Source: Myxococcota bacterium (GTDB lineage Bacteria > Myxococcota_A > SURF-8). From it: DNA of 64,000 nucleotides. Where the stretch lies: NCBI GenBank assembly GCA_963674735.2, contig CAXXQS010000002.1:1312001-1376000 (forward strand), in the 5' to 3' direction. Under the pieces are notes generated by a model. It worked only from the letters and a program-made list of their open reading frames with translations. It had not been told where the DNA came from and searched no databases. The translations under genes were made by a program, and so were the position numbers. The number at the start of each line of letters is the position of its first letter. Position 1 is the first letter of the stretch. Shown one piece after another: positions 27,746 to 37,296 of this stretch.

Positions 27746-28906
27746 ATGACCCTGTCTTTCGACATCCGTTGTGCCTTGCTGGCAATCGCCGAACGCCTTG
27801 TCCGTGACGAGGCTCGTCGGGTGGTGCTGGAATCGCTGGATGAGGATATCTTCGATCGTTCCGTGGATGCCTGGTGCGATCTCGGTTTGAAGCCGATTCA
27901 GGCACAGGCGCTGGTTGAAGGCTTGCATGACGAGGGTCTGGCCAAGCGGGTTGAGGGATTGGATGCGCGGAATATCCGCCTACTCCACTTCGGGGAAGCC
28001 GTGTTTCCATACACGCTGCCCCAGGGCGCGTCTTTGCCGCCGATTCTGTTTTTCCAGGGTCGCGCGGAAGGCTGGCGGCGTGCCGGGTTGGCCATTGTGG
28101 GTACCCGCAAACCGTCCGCCTACGGACGCGAATCGGCGACGGCCATCGCCCGCGAAGCGGCTTTGCGTGGAATTCCGGTGATATCCGGCGCGGCAACCGG
28201 TATCGACACCTGTGCGCATGAAGGTTGCTTGAAGTATGGCGGTTTGACGGTGGCGGTGCTGGGCTGCGGTCTCGATCATGTGTATCCGCGCCAGGCCGGT
28301 CCGCTGTATGAACGGATTGCCGAAAATGGGGCGCTGGTGAGCCAGTTCGCTCCGAGTGTGCCGCCCGACCGCAAACGCTTTCCGATGCGCAATCACGTGA
28401 TTGCGGCATTGAGCGAAACCGTGGTGGTGGTCGAAGGCGCGGCCGGTTCGGGAGCTCGTTATACCGCTCAGGCGGCGCGTAAACTGGGTTTGCGATTAAT
28501 GGCTCTGCCCGGCGATATCAGCCGCCCGCAGGCCGTATTGCCCAACCGTCTGTTGGCGGAAGGGGCTGAAATCATTATTGATCCGGCTGCGCCGGTAGAT
28601 CCGCTGGCCCGTAAAAGCGCTCAGCAGGCTTCCTTCGACTGGAAGGGGCCGACCGCGGCGCAGAAAACGGGCGCAGGGGTTGAAGCGGCAAGGCTTTCGG
28701 AATTGGAACGGAATCTGGCGGCTCTTATCGCGGAAGGCTCGGGATCGGCCGATGACCTTCTGGCAGCCGGTCTGGCTGCTCCGGGAGCGGTGAATGAGGC
28801 GCTCTTGCGCATGGAATTGGTCGGTGTCGTCCGGCAAGAGCCGGGCCGCCGTTATGCATTGGCGACCGCCGAACGCGGGTTCGGTGGCCTGAACGAACGC
28901 GAGTAA
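27746..28906 (+). CDS. dprA: DNA-processing protein DprA (Smf)
   Basis: LAIVGTRKPSAYG; ISGAATGIDTCAH; FPMRNHVIAALS; precedes topA. Confidence 0.93.
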   Translation: MTLSFDIRCALLAIAERLVRDEARRVVLESLDEDIFDRSVDAWCDLGLKPIQAQALVEGLHDEGLAKRVEGLDARNIRLLHFGEAVFPYTLPQGASLPPILFFQGRAEGWRRAGLAIVGTRKPSAYGRESATAIAREAALRGIPVISGAATGIDTCAHEGCLKYGGLTVAVLGCGLDHVYPRQAGPLYERIAENGALVSQFAPSVPPDRKRFPMRNHVIAALSETVVVVEGAAGSGARYTAQAARKLGLRLMALPGDISRPQAVLPNRLLAEGAEIIIDPAAPVDPLARKSAQQASFDWKGPTAAQKTGAGVEAARLSELERNLAALIAEGSGSADDLLAAGLAAPGAVNEALLRMELVGVVRQEPGRRYALATAERGFGGLNERE

Positions 28907-28909
28907 TTC

Positions 28910-31177
28910 ATGGGAAAATCGTTGGTTATCGTTGAGTCCCCCACCAAAGCACGCACCTTGGCGCGCCTTCTGGGAAAAAACTATGAGATCATGGCCTCCA
29001 TCGGTCATGTAAAGGATCTGCCCAAAAACAACCTGGGGGTCGAGCCGGAGAACGGCTTCAAACCCGAATATGTCGTCATCCAGGGGAAGGGTCGGGTATT
29101 GCGGGACATCCGCAAGTCGGCCGAGTATGCCGACAAAGTGTATCTGGCGCCCGATCCCGATCGGGAAGGAGAAGCGATCGCCTGGCATATCGCCGAGGAG
29201 ATCCGCAAGAAAAACAAGAACCTTTATCGTGTCTTGTTCCACGAGTTCACCAAGCGCTCGGTGCTCGACGCGATCGAGCATCCATTGGAACTGGACCAGC
29301 GCAAGTTCGAATCGCAACAGGCGCGGCGCATCCTGGATCGTCTGGTGGGTTACCAGATCAGCCCGCTTCTGTGGGACAAAGTCAAGCGCGGTCTCTCCGC
29401 CGGGCGGGTGCAGTCGGTGGCCGTGAAACTGGTGGTGGATCGCGAAAAGGCCATTCGCGCCTTTGTGAGCGAGGAATATTGGACGATCACCGCCCGTTAC
29501 CTCGGCAGCCAGGCCCCGGAATTCGAAGCCAAGCTGATCAAATCGGACGATAAAAAGGTGGCTCTTTCCGATGGCGAGTCCTCCCGCGCCGTGGTGGAAG
29601 ACCTGCAAAACGGTGAACATGTTCTTTCGCGGGTCGACCGCAAAGAACGTCGTCGTCGTCCCGTGCCGCCCTTTATCACCTCGAAGTTGCAGCAGGAAGC
29701 GTCGCGGCGTCTGCGCTTCGTTCCCAAACATACGATGTCGGTGGCGCAGCAGCTCTATGAAGGTATTGAACTCGGGGCCGAGGGTGCCGTGGGTTTGATC
29801 ACCTATATGCGTACCGATTCCACCCGTATTTCGGATGAGGCGCTCGGCGAGGTGCGCGAGTACATCACCACGGCTTTTGGCAAGGAATATCTGCCCGAAA
29901 AACCGAATACGTACAAAAACCGCAAGAATACCCAGGACGCCCATGAGGCGATTCGTCCGACATCGGTGGTCAATTCTCCCGAGAAGGTCAAAGCCTTTCT
30001 TTCGCGTGACCAGTTCCGCCTGTATCAGTTGATCTGGAACCGCTTCGTGGCCTCCCAGATGGTCCCGGCCGTTTTCGATGCCACCGTTTTCGACGTGACT
30101 TGCGGGCGGCATTTGCTGCGTGCCACAGGTCAGGTTCTGAAATTTGCGGGATTTACCAAGGTTTACATCGAGCAGCGCGGGGAAGAGGTTCAGAAAGACC
30201 CTGATGAAAGCAAGCAGACCCAACTGCCCAAGTTGGAGCAGGGTGAGGCGCTGGAACTGAAAAACCTGAATCCCGAACAGAAATTCACCCAGCCGCCGCC
30301 GCGTTTTTCCGAGGCGATGTTGGTCAAAGAGCTGGAAGACAACGGCATCGGACGCCCGTCCACCTATGCCTCGATTCTCTCCACGATTCAAGACAAGAAA
30401 TACACCGCCAAAGACAAAGGCCGCTTGCACCCCAGCGAGTTGGGCGAGGTGGTGACGGAACTTCTGGTGGAAAACTTCCCCGACATCATGAACAGCGAAT
30501 TCACCGCCAACATGGAAGAACAGCTCGATGAGGTGGAAGAAGGCAAAGTGGGTTGGCTGGAGCTTCTAAAGCAATTTTACGGCCCCTTCTCCGGAACGCT
30601 TGAAAAAGCCCGCGAGGAAATGCGCAACGTCAAGCGCCAGGAGACGCCCACCGGCCTCAAGTGCCCGAAATGCGAATCCGAACTGGTGATCAAGTGGGGA
30701 CGGAACGGGAGTTTCATCGGGTGTCCGGCTTACCCGGATTGCGATTTCACTTCCGAATACACGCGCGACGAAAAGGGAAACGTCAAGTTGCAGACCGATC
30801 AGGTCACCGACGAGGTCTGCGACAAATGCGGCTCGCCTATGGTGTTGAAGAACGGCCGCTTCGGCAAGTTCTTGGCTTGTTCCAGCTACCCGGCCTGCAA
30901 GAACACCAAGCCGGTCAAAGTCGGCGTCAAGTGTCCGGAAGACGGGTGCAACGGCGATATCATCGAAAAACGCACGCGTCGCGGCAAGCTTTTCTTCGGT
31001 TGCGACAAATTCCCGACCTGCAAATTCGCCAGTTGGGATCGACCGGTGGCGAAAGCCTGTCCGTCCTGCGATAACCCCTATATGGTGGAGAAAAACCAAA
31101 GCAGCGGCCTGGTGTATCTGTGCCCGCGTTGCAAATACCGTCTCGAAACCCAGGAGGAGGACGGCCATGCGTCCTGA
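28910..31177 (+). CDS. topA: DNA topoisomerase I
   Basis: LVIVESPTKA, DPDREGEAI, SAGRVQS, ITYMRTDS; C-terminal C4 zinc ribbons. Confidence 0.98.
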   Translation: MGKSLVIVESPTKARTLARLLGKNYEIMASIGHVKDLPKNNLGVEPENGFKPEYVVIQGKGRVLRDIRKSAEYADKVYLAPDPDREGEAIAWHIAEEIRKKNKNLYRVLFHEFTKRSVLDAIEHPLELDQRKFESQQARRILDRLVGYQISPLLWDKVKRGLSAGRVQSVAVKLVVDREKAIRAFVSEEYWTITARYLGSQAPEFEAKLIKSDDKKVALSDGESSRAVVEDLQNGEHVLSRVDRKERRRRPVPPFITSKLQQEASRRLRFVPKHTMSVAQQLYEGIELGAEGAVGLITYMRTDSTRISDEALGEVREYITTAFGKEYLPEKPNTYKNRKNTQDAHEAIRPTSVVNSPEKVKAFLSRDQFRLYQLIWNRFVASQMVPAVFDATVFDVTCGRHLLRATGQVLKFAGFTKVYIEQRGEEVQKDPDESKQTQLPKLEQGEALELKNLNPEQKFTQPPPRFSEAMLVKELEDNGIGRPSTYASILSTIQDKKYTAKDKGRLHPSELGEVVTELLVENFPDIMNSEFTANMEEQLDEVEEGKVGWLELLKQFYGPFSGTLEKAREEMRNVKRQETPTGLKCPKCESELVIKWGRNGSFIGCPAYPDCDFTSEYTRDEKGNVKLQTDQVTDEVCDKCGSPMVLKNGRFGKFLACSSYPACKNTKPVKVGVKCPEDGCNGDIIEKRTRRGKLFFGCDKFPTCKFASWDRPVAKACPSCDNPYMVEKNQSSGLVYLCPRCKYRLETQEEDGHAS

Positions 31178-32498
31178 TGTCGTGGTGGTGGGTGCCGGGC
31201 TGGCGGGCTGCGAGGCGGCTCTGCAACTGGCGCGGCGCGGTGCGGTGGTGCGTCTTTACGAGCGCAAACCCCAAACACGTAGCGCCGCATCGGCCAGCGA
31301 TCTGTTTGCCGAACTGGTCTGTTCCAATTCCCTGCGCGGCCGTTCTCCCGAGAACGCCGTGGGGTTGTTGAAAGAGGAAATGCAGCGGCTGGGTTCGTTT
31401 GTGATGGCGGCGGCGCTTGAATGCGAAGTCCCGGCCGGAGGCGCGTTGGCGGTGGACCGAGAGCGCTTCGCCGCCCGGCTCACCCAATGGGTGCGGGACG
31501 AAACGCGCATCGAAGTCGTGACGGCGGATGTCGAGGATATTCCTTTCGATGCCGAAGAAGTCATTTTGGCCACCGGTCCGCTGACGGAAGGCGCGCTGGC
31601 CGAAAATCTGGCTCGGCACACCGGCGCGGAGCACTTACATTTTTACGACGCCATCGCCCCCATCATCGACGCCGACAGCATCGACCGCTCGATCGCCTTT
31701 TTGGCTTCGCGTTACGATAAGGGCGGGGATGATTACCTCAACCTGCCCCTTTCGGAAGAGGAATACCACGAGTTGGTCGAGGGACTGAAGCAGGCCGAGA
31801 AGGTGCCGCCGCGCCCCTTCGAGGATCCGACCTATTTCGAAGGCTGTCTGCCGGTGGATATCATGGCCGAGCGTGGCGAGCAGACCCTCGCCTACGGACC
31901 GCTGAAACCGGTGGGGTTGATCGATCCACGTACCGGCAAGCAACCGCACGCCGTGGTTCAGTTGCGGGTGGAGAATGCCGATCGCACGGCCTACAGTTTG
32001 GTCGGCTTCCAAACGCGTCTCACTCATCCGGCCCAGCTTGAAGTGCTACGTAAACTGCCCGGTTTGGCCAAAGCGGAGTTTTTACGCTTGGGCAGCGTGC
32101 ACCGAAATACCTTCATTCATGCCCCCGGACTGGTGGATCGTCATATCCGATTGCGCCGCGATCCGCGCTTGAGCTTCGCCGGGCAGGTGTCGGGTGTGGA
32201 AGGGTATGTGGAAAGCGCCGCCAGCGGGCTGATGATCGGGCTCTTCACCCATTCGCGGATTGTGCGTAAGCCCTTGATGCCGCCCCCGTCCGAAACCATG
32301 CACGGCGCGCTGCTCGATTACCTGGTGAAACCCAACAAGCGTTTTCAGCCGTCGAATGTCACGCATGCCATGCTGCCGTCTTTGCCGCCCAAACCGCGCT
32401 TGCGCAAACGCGACCGCAAGCGGGCTTACATGGAGCGGGCGCGTCAAGCCTTGACGGACTGGATGAGCGAGTGGCAGGTTCAGTCTATCGAGCCCTGA
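31167..32498 (+). CDS. trmFO: tRNA (uracil-54) C5-methyltransferase TrmFO (Gid)
   Basis: GAGLAGCEAA, AELVCSNS, HFYDAIAP, YFEGCLP, GVEGYVESAA. Confidence 0.96.
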   Translation: MRPDVVVVGAGLAGCEAALQLARRGAVVRLYERKPQTRSAASASDLFAELVCSNSLRGRSPENAVGLLKEEMQRLGSFVMAAALECEVPAGGALAVDRERFAARLTQWVRDETRIEVVTADVEDIPFDAEEVILATGPLTEGALAENLARHTGAEHLHFYDAIAPIIDADSIDRSIAFLASRYDKGGDDYLNLPLSEEEYHELVEGLKQAEKVPPRPFEDPTYFEGCLPVDIMAERGEQTLAYGPLKPVGLIDPRTGKQPHAVVQLRVENADRTAYSLVGFQTRLTHPAQLEVLRKLPGLAKAEFLRLGSVHRNTFIHAPGLVDRHIRLRRDPRLSFAGQVSGVEGYVESAASGLMIGLFTHSRIVRKPLMPPPSETMHGALLDYLVKPNKRFQPSNVTHAMLPSLPPKPRLRKRDRKRAYMERARQALTDWMSEWQVQSIEP

Positions 32499-32678
32499 TG
32501 GACAATTTCCCGTGACGCTGTCGCCCATCAGGATACACAAAGTAGATATCCTATATCACATATGAAATTGGTTTGTGCTTGATGCCCGGATCGGCCTGTG
32601 TTAGGGTGTATGCACCGGGTGAGGCTCATTTGTTTGCGGTTGATAACCGCTGTTTGGGGGATTGAAGGATTAGAAAAC

Positions 32679-33218
32679 ATGGCCAAGGTGTGCATTCTCT
32701 GTGCGGAACAATTTCAGGATATGGAAGTGATGTATCCGCTTCTGCGACTGATGGAAGCCGGTCACGGCGTGACGGTCGCCGGAATGGGAGAGAAAGAATA
32801 CAAAGGAAAGTATGGTTATCCGGTAGCCACCGATACGGTCATTGCCGCCATCGACCCCGATGACTTCGACGCGTTCATCGTTCCGGGGGGCTGGGCTCCG
32901 GATTTCCTGCGGCGCACACCTGACGCGGCGCGTTTGATCGCCCGAGCCGACGAAAAAGGCAAACTGATCGGCGCGATTTGTCATGCGGGCTGGGTTTTAG
33001 CTTCGGCCAAAATATTGAAGGAGCGGCGCTTGACCAGCTTTTTCGCGATACGCGACGATCTGGAACATGCCGGGGCGACGTGGACCGATGAAGCCGTCGT
33101 CGTGGACGGCAATTTGATAACGGCTCGTAACCCTTTCGATTTGCCCGAGTTTATGAAAGCGATACTCCATTGGCTCAAGGAGAAATCGTCATGCACGACA
33201 TGCAAGAGCAAGAACTGA
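32679..33218 (+). CDS. PfpI/DJ-1 family (type 1 glutamine amidotransferase-like) protein
   Basis: FQDMEVMYP, VPGGWAPD, AICHAG, VVVDGNLITAR. Confidence 0.92.
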   Translation: MAKVCILCAEQFQDMEVMYPLLRLMEAGHGVTVAGMGEKEYKGKYGYPVATDTVIAAIDPDDFDAFIVPGGWAPDFLRRTPDAARLIARADEKGKLIGAICHAGWVLASAKILKERRLTSFFAIRDDLEHAGATWTDEAVVVDGNLITARNPFDLPEFMKAILHWLKEKSSCTTCKSKN

Positions 33219-33454
33219 TTTTTAGGGAAAAAGGAGTGGTGGAAGACCGGAACGGACGTGTTGCCGGCTTCTGGATCAAACGGCGCAAAGGCCGCCGCGA
33301 GACCTATCTGTTCGAGAAGCCGATCAAGCGTGTCAAGCCTTACCGGGTCGAGCGCAAAACCATCATGATCGATGGGAATCCCGTGCACGATGTTCCGGTC
33401 AAGGTGTATCCGTTGGTCAACAGTCTCACGCACTGGGGGAAATACCCCAAGTGA
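33191..33454 (+). CDS. Small basic hypothetical protein
   Basis: AAGGAG RBS; overlaps the PfpI 3' end; no motif recognised. Confidence 0.55.
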   Translation: MHDMQEQELIFREKGVVEDRNGRVAGFWIKRRKGRRETYLFEKPIKRVKPYRVERKTIMIDGNPVHDVPVKVYPLVNSLTHWGKYPK

Positions 33455-33560
33455 GGTTTTCACCGTAGCGGCTCCCGGCTTTCCACTGTTTCAACGGTTG
33501 GGCGGCTATCGTTGGCTTCCCGCCCAGCGATCCCCTCAAAGGTTCATCCCACCTGTCTAG

Positions 33561-35543
33561 CTAATCAGAATTATTCGGGATTTTAAAAATCAAGCGGTTG
33601 CGATCACGCCAAATCAGCGGCAAATGGACGGCCAGTTGTTTCAGCCAATCTTCGTCGAGCGGGGCAAGATGGAGGCGGCGACGTTCGAAAAGGCTGATGA
33701 GTAGCCAATCCGCCTGCGTTTCGTGCAGGAGGGCGGCGACGTCGGCCGGAGCGGTTCCGTTCGCCAGTGCCCGGTCGATGACGGTGGATTGATAAGGAGA
33801 GACCGGCCGGGTTGGGCGGTCGAGATAGGCGAATCGTCGTTCGCCGTCCAACACCACGCGGTCTGTCGGCTTGGCCAGCTTCTGCAATTCCTGAAAGGCT
33901 TTGAAAGACGGCAGGTTGGCAGCGAGATAGTCGTCGGACGAGAGGTGCCCGTTCAGTACCTCTGCGCCGCTTGGGAAAAAGGCTTCGGCCAGCGAGAGTT
34001 GCAAGGCGAAACCGTGCAGAAGAACCGCTGCCATCAACAGCGCTCCCAGGCGTCGCCACAAGGGCCACTGCGCAGCGCGCGCCAGACCGACCGCCAGAAA
34101 GACTGCCGGAAGCAGAAACAACATGGGATAAAAGCGGATCTTCGTGCTGAAGAGCAGAATGGGAATCCATTGCCAGACCCACATCAGAAGCAGGGCGCGC
34201 GTTCCGTCGTGCTTAAGTCCGCGCCAAAAGATTAGAAACGGGGCCAGCAGCAGCAATCCCGCCCCGATCACGGCGTGATCGCCATCGATCTGGAAGGGAT
34301 TGAAGAACAGGTGATAGAGGAACATCCCCAAACCGTGGTCGCCGACATGTGGAATTTCGGCCTGGACCCGCGTGTAGTCGACGCCCGTCGCTGTGCCGAA
34401 AAGGTCGGGCAGGAAGGGGTAGAGGGGCGAACCGCTGGCCATCCAGGTCGCCAGATAATAGGGAAGAGCCGCCGCCAGTCCCGCCAGGGTGGCCAGAAGC
34501 ACGCCTCGCCGGAATTCCGTGCTTTTCCATCGGCCGCGCCCGACGGCCAGGGCCGCTAAGATCAATCCCGGTCCCCAGGCAAAAGCGGCGTACTTGGTGG
34601 CGGTGGCGAATCCGGCGAAGAGTCCCGCGAGCGCGAGGCGTTGAACCAGCGGCCGGTCGTCGTCGAGCAGCAGGAGCAGCGCCAGAAGTTCGAAAAAAGC
34701 CAGGGTGATATCGTTTTTGACGTCCGAGGCCAGATAACCCGTCAAGGGGATTGCCAGCGCCAGTGCCAATGCCAATCGTCCGGCCCGCGGCCCGCCGAAA
34801 CGCTGCGCAAGCCGGGCAAGACCCCAGACGGTGGACAGTCCGATGAGGGTGGTGAAGGCGTTGGTCGCCGCCGGTCCGGATAGCGCCAGGGGGAAACACA
34901 GCCATAATTCGTGCAATTTGGGATAGGCCGACATCATATGCTGCGGGTAGATGTCGAGTTGTCCGGTCAGCAGATATTGCTGCGGCAAAGCCAGGTGGTA
35001 GACCATGCTGTCGTAAAGGACGGGCGGCAGGGCGCCGTAGCCGACCCAGAGGGCGGCGCTGAGCAAGGATCCCCCGAGAACCAGTGCATCGAAAGCATCG
35101 AATGCGGAAATATCGGTGTTTCCGGCTTGTTGGCGCTGTAGCCAGAGCCTGCGCCAGGCCCATAGGGAGGCCGGGAGAGCCAATACCAGAAGGCCGATCA
35201 GGGCGGCGGGGCGTAACCATCCGAGCTGGCCGAAGGCGAAAGCCACCAGACTCAGCAAGCCGCCGCCGAGACCGAACCCGGCCAGGATGTGGAGGGCGGA
35301 ATCGCCGGTGCCGAGAGGGTCGGTGGGCTTGAATAAACTGAGGCAGGCCATGCCCAAACCCGCGAAAATAGTCCACAATAAGAAGGCGACGCCGTAGGCC
35401 GGAAGCAGCGTATCGACGAGATAGCTGGGATAGCGTGTGACGGCGATGGTGCCGACACCCAGGACGAACAAGATGGCCACGAGAGTATAGCCGCGCGGAA
35501 GCGGTGGTATCTGAGCGGCTGTGGGGGGGTGGCGAGTCGACAT
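33561..35543 (-). CDS. Polytopic GT-C (ArnT/PMT_2-like) membrane glycosyltransferase
   Basis: About 13 TM; YDSMVYHL, KND, ATKY motifs; periplasmic C-terminal domain. Confidence 0.75.
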   Translation of the reverse strand: MSTRHPPTAAQIPPLPRGYTLVAILFVLGVGTIAVTRYPSYLVDTLLPAYGVAFLLWTIFAGLGMACLSLFKPTDPLGTGDSALHILAGFGLGGGLLSLVAFAFGQLGWLRPAALIGLLVLALPASLWAWRRLWLQRQQAGNTDISAFDAFDALVLGGSLLSAALWVGYGALPPVLYDSMVYHLALPQQYLLTGQLDIYPQHMMSAYPKLHELWLCFPLALSGPAATNAFTTLIGLSTVWGLARLAQRFGGPRAGRLALALALAIPLTGYLASDVKNDITLAFFELLALLLLLDDDRPLVQRLALAGLFAGFATATKYAAFAWGPGLILAALAVGRGRWKSTEFRRGVLLATLAGLAAALPYYLATWMASGSPLYPFLPDLFGTATGVDYTRVQAEIPHVGDHGLGMFLYHLFFNPFQIDGDHAVIGAGLLLLAPFLIFWRGLKHDGTRALLLMWVWQWIPILLFSTKIRFYPMLFLLPAVFLAVGLARAAQWPLWRRLGALLMAAVLLHGFALQLSLAEAFFPSGAEVLNGHLSSDDYLAANLPSFKAFQELQKLAKPTDRVVLDGERRFAYLDRPTRPVSPYQSTVIDRALANGTAPADVAALLHETQADWLLISLFERRRLHLAPLDEDWLKQLAVHLPLIWRDRNRLIFKIPNNSD

Positions 35544-35749
35544 GGGCGCATTATACAGCCGAGGCGATGCTTTCCCAATAAAAAAGCCATATTGCAGCGG
35601 AAGTGTCGGCGATTAAAAAGCCATGAATGCGGGAACATGGGGTTTACACGCACTCGAAACTGAAGTATGCTGAAGCAACTTTTTCACAGAGCGCCCTGTC
35701 GCCGGATGGGCTGGAGGATAAAGGGCTTTTCTCAGTATGTATAAAATGA

Positions 35750-36001
35750 GTGAGCGAGATGGCGATTAAAAAACGAATGAGGCGCTTTCAACAGGTCTTG
35801 GAAAATGGACGACAGGGGGCCGTGCGCAGTGTGCGGCTGGGATATAACCCCAACTCCAGTTCTTTGGGGCTGAATGTTACGCTATTGGTTTACGGTGCTT
35901 TGGCCCTGTTGGTGGTCACTCCGGTCGCGGCGGTGACGGCGCGGCTGATTTTGAAACGCCGAGTGTCTTTGCCGACGGAAGACGAGCGGTCCAATCCCTG
36001 A
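35750..36001 (+). CDS. Small single-TM hypothetical protein (GYNPNSSS motif)
   Basis: Basic N-terminus, RLGYNPNSSSLG, one TM, basic tail. Confidence 0.5.
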   Translation: MSEMAIKKRMRRFQQVLENGRQGAVRSVRLGYNPNSSSLGLNVTLLVYGALALLVVTPVAAVTARLILKRRVSLPTEDERSNP

Positions 36002-36041
36002 TCGTCGTTAACTAGCCGATTTTTCGGGTGAGGGGAAAACC

Positions 36042-37145
36042 TTGCGAGTGCTGATACTTGAGCCGTATTACGGGGGATCTCACCGGTCATTCGTGGCGAT
36101 TACCAAGCAGCATTCGGTCCACGATATCCAGGCCGAAGTGTTACCTGCCCGCTGGTGGAAATGGCGGTTGTCGGGCTCTCCGTTTGTGTTTGCCAAAGCC
36201 TTCAGAGAGAGGACGATCAAACCCGATCTGCTGTTGTTTTCAAACACCATCGATGTCGCCGCCTTTATCGGCCTGGCAGGAATCGAAGCGGCGCGTTTGC
36301 CCAAACTGGCGTTTTTCCATGAAAACCAGATCACCTATCCCCGCTCGCCCAATGATGCCGCCGATGCACATTACGGTTTGATCAACCTCAACAGCGCTCT
36401 TTCCTGCGATGAAGTCTGGTTCAATTCCGATTTTCATCGGCGCTCTTTTCTCGAAGCGCTCGGACCGTTTCTCGAACAATTCCCGGACAATATTCCACGC
36501 GATGCCATTGGTGACGTTTCGGCCCGCAGCCGTATTTTCCCGGTCCCGGTGGAACCCCCGCCCGACGTGCCACCCGCACGTGAAAAGGGATCGCGACTAC
36601 GTATTTTGTGGAATCATCGCTGGGAGTTCGACAAGGCACCGGAGGTTTTCTTCGCCGCGTTGGAACGTCTGATGACGGAAGGAGTGTCTTTCGAGGTCGT
36701 GGTACTGGGTGAGGGATTCCGCACGCGGCCACCGATCTTCGACCGGGCCCGAGCCAAGTTGGGCGATCGTGTGGTGCGTTACGGCTATGCCGACAGCCGT
36801 CAGGAATACGCCGCTTGGGTGCGTGCCTGCGATGTGGTGGTAAGCTGCGCGCGCCAGGAAAATTTCGGAATTTCCATCGCCGAAGCGGTGCTGGCGGGCT
36901 GCGTGCCGATTTTGCCCAACCGGCTGGTTTATCCCGATATCATCCCGCCCGAACAGCAGGCGGAGTTGCTTTATCAGGATGAAAAAAGCCTGGTGGATAA
37001 ACTGCGCGCTGCTGCGCTCGATATCGATGTTTTGCGCCATCGACCGCGTTGCGATTTTTACGACGGCTTTGTGGCCGAAAAGGTCGTGCGACTGTTCGAT
37101 GCGGAGGTCGAACGACTGGTCGCCGCTCACCGTTCGGCCCAGTAA
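36042..37145 (+). CDS. GT4 glycosyltransferase with DUF3524 N-terminus (GTDC1/QTMAN-like)
   Basis: LEPYYGGSH...LPARWWKWR; FHENQITYP; LWNHRWEFDK; ENFGISIAEA. Confidence 0.88.
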   Translation: MRVLILEPYYGGSHRSFVAITKQHSVHDIQAEVLPARWWKWRLSGSPFVFAKAFRERTIKPDLLLFSNTIDVAAFIGLAGIEAARLPKLAFFHENQITYPRSPNDAADAHYGLINLNSALSCDEVWFNSDFHRRSFLEALGPFLEQFPDNIPRDAIGDVSARSRIFPVPVEPPPDVPPAREKGSRLRILWNHRWEFDKAPEVFFAALERLMTEGVSFEVVVLGEGFRTRPPIFDRARAKLGDRVVRYGYADSRQEYAAWVRACDVVVSCARQENFGISIAEAVLAGCVPILPNRLVYPDIIPPEQQAELLYQDEKSLVDKLRAAALDIDVLRHRPRCDFYDGFVAEKVVRLFDAEVERLVAAHRSAQ

Positions 37146-37296
37146 AGCGGTTCGAGCTATTGGCGAGTCGAGGTTCGCTTGACGCGCCGACCCAAAAAGG
37201 CCTACAATCACAAGTTAAGCAAGGTTACCCCGTATCGTCGGCATCCATGTCCGAATTGCGGTTTGCATGGAGACGCCTGAACCCGAGGAGTGTCTT

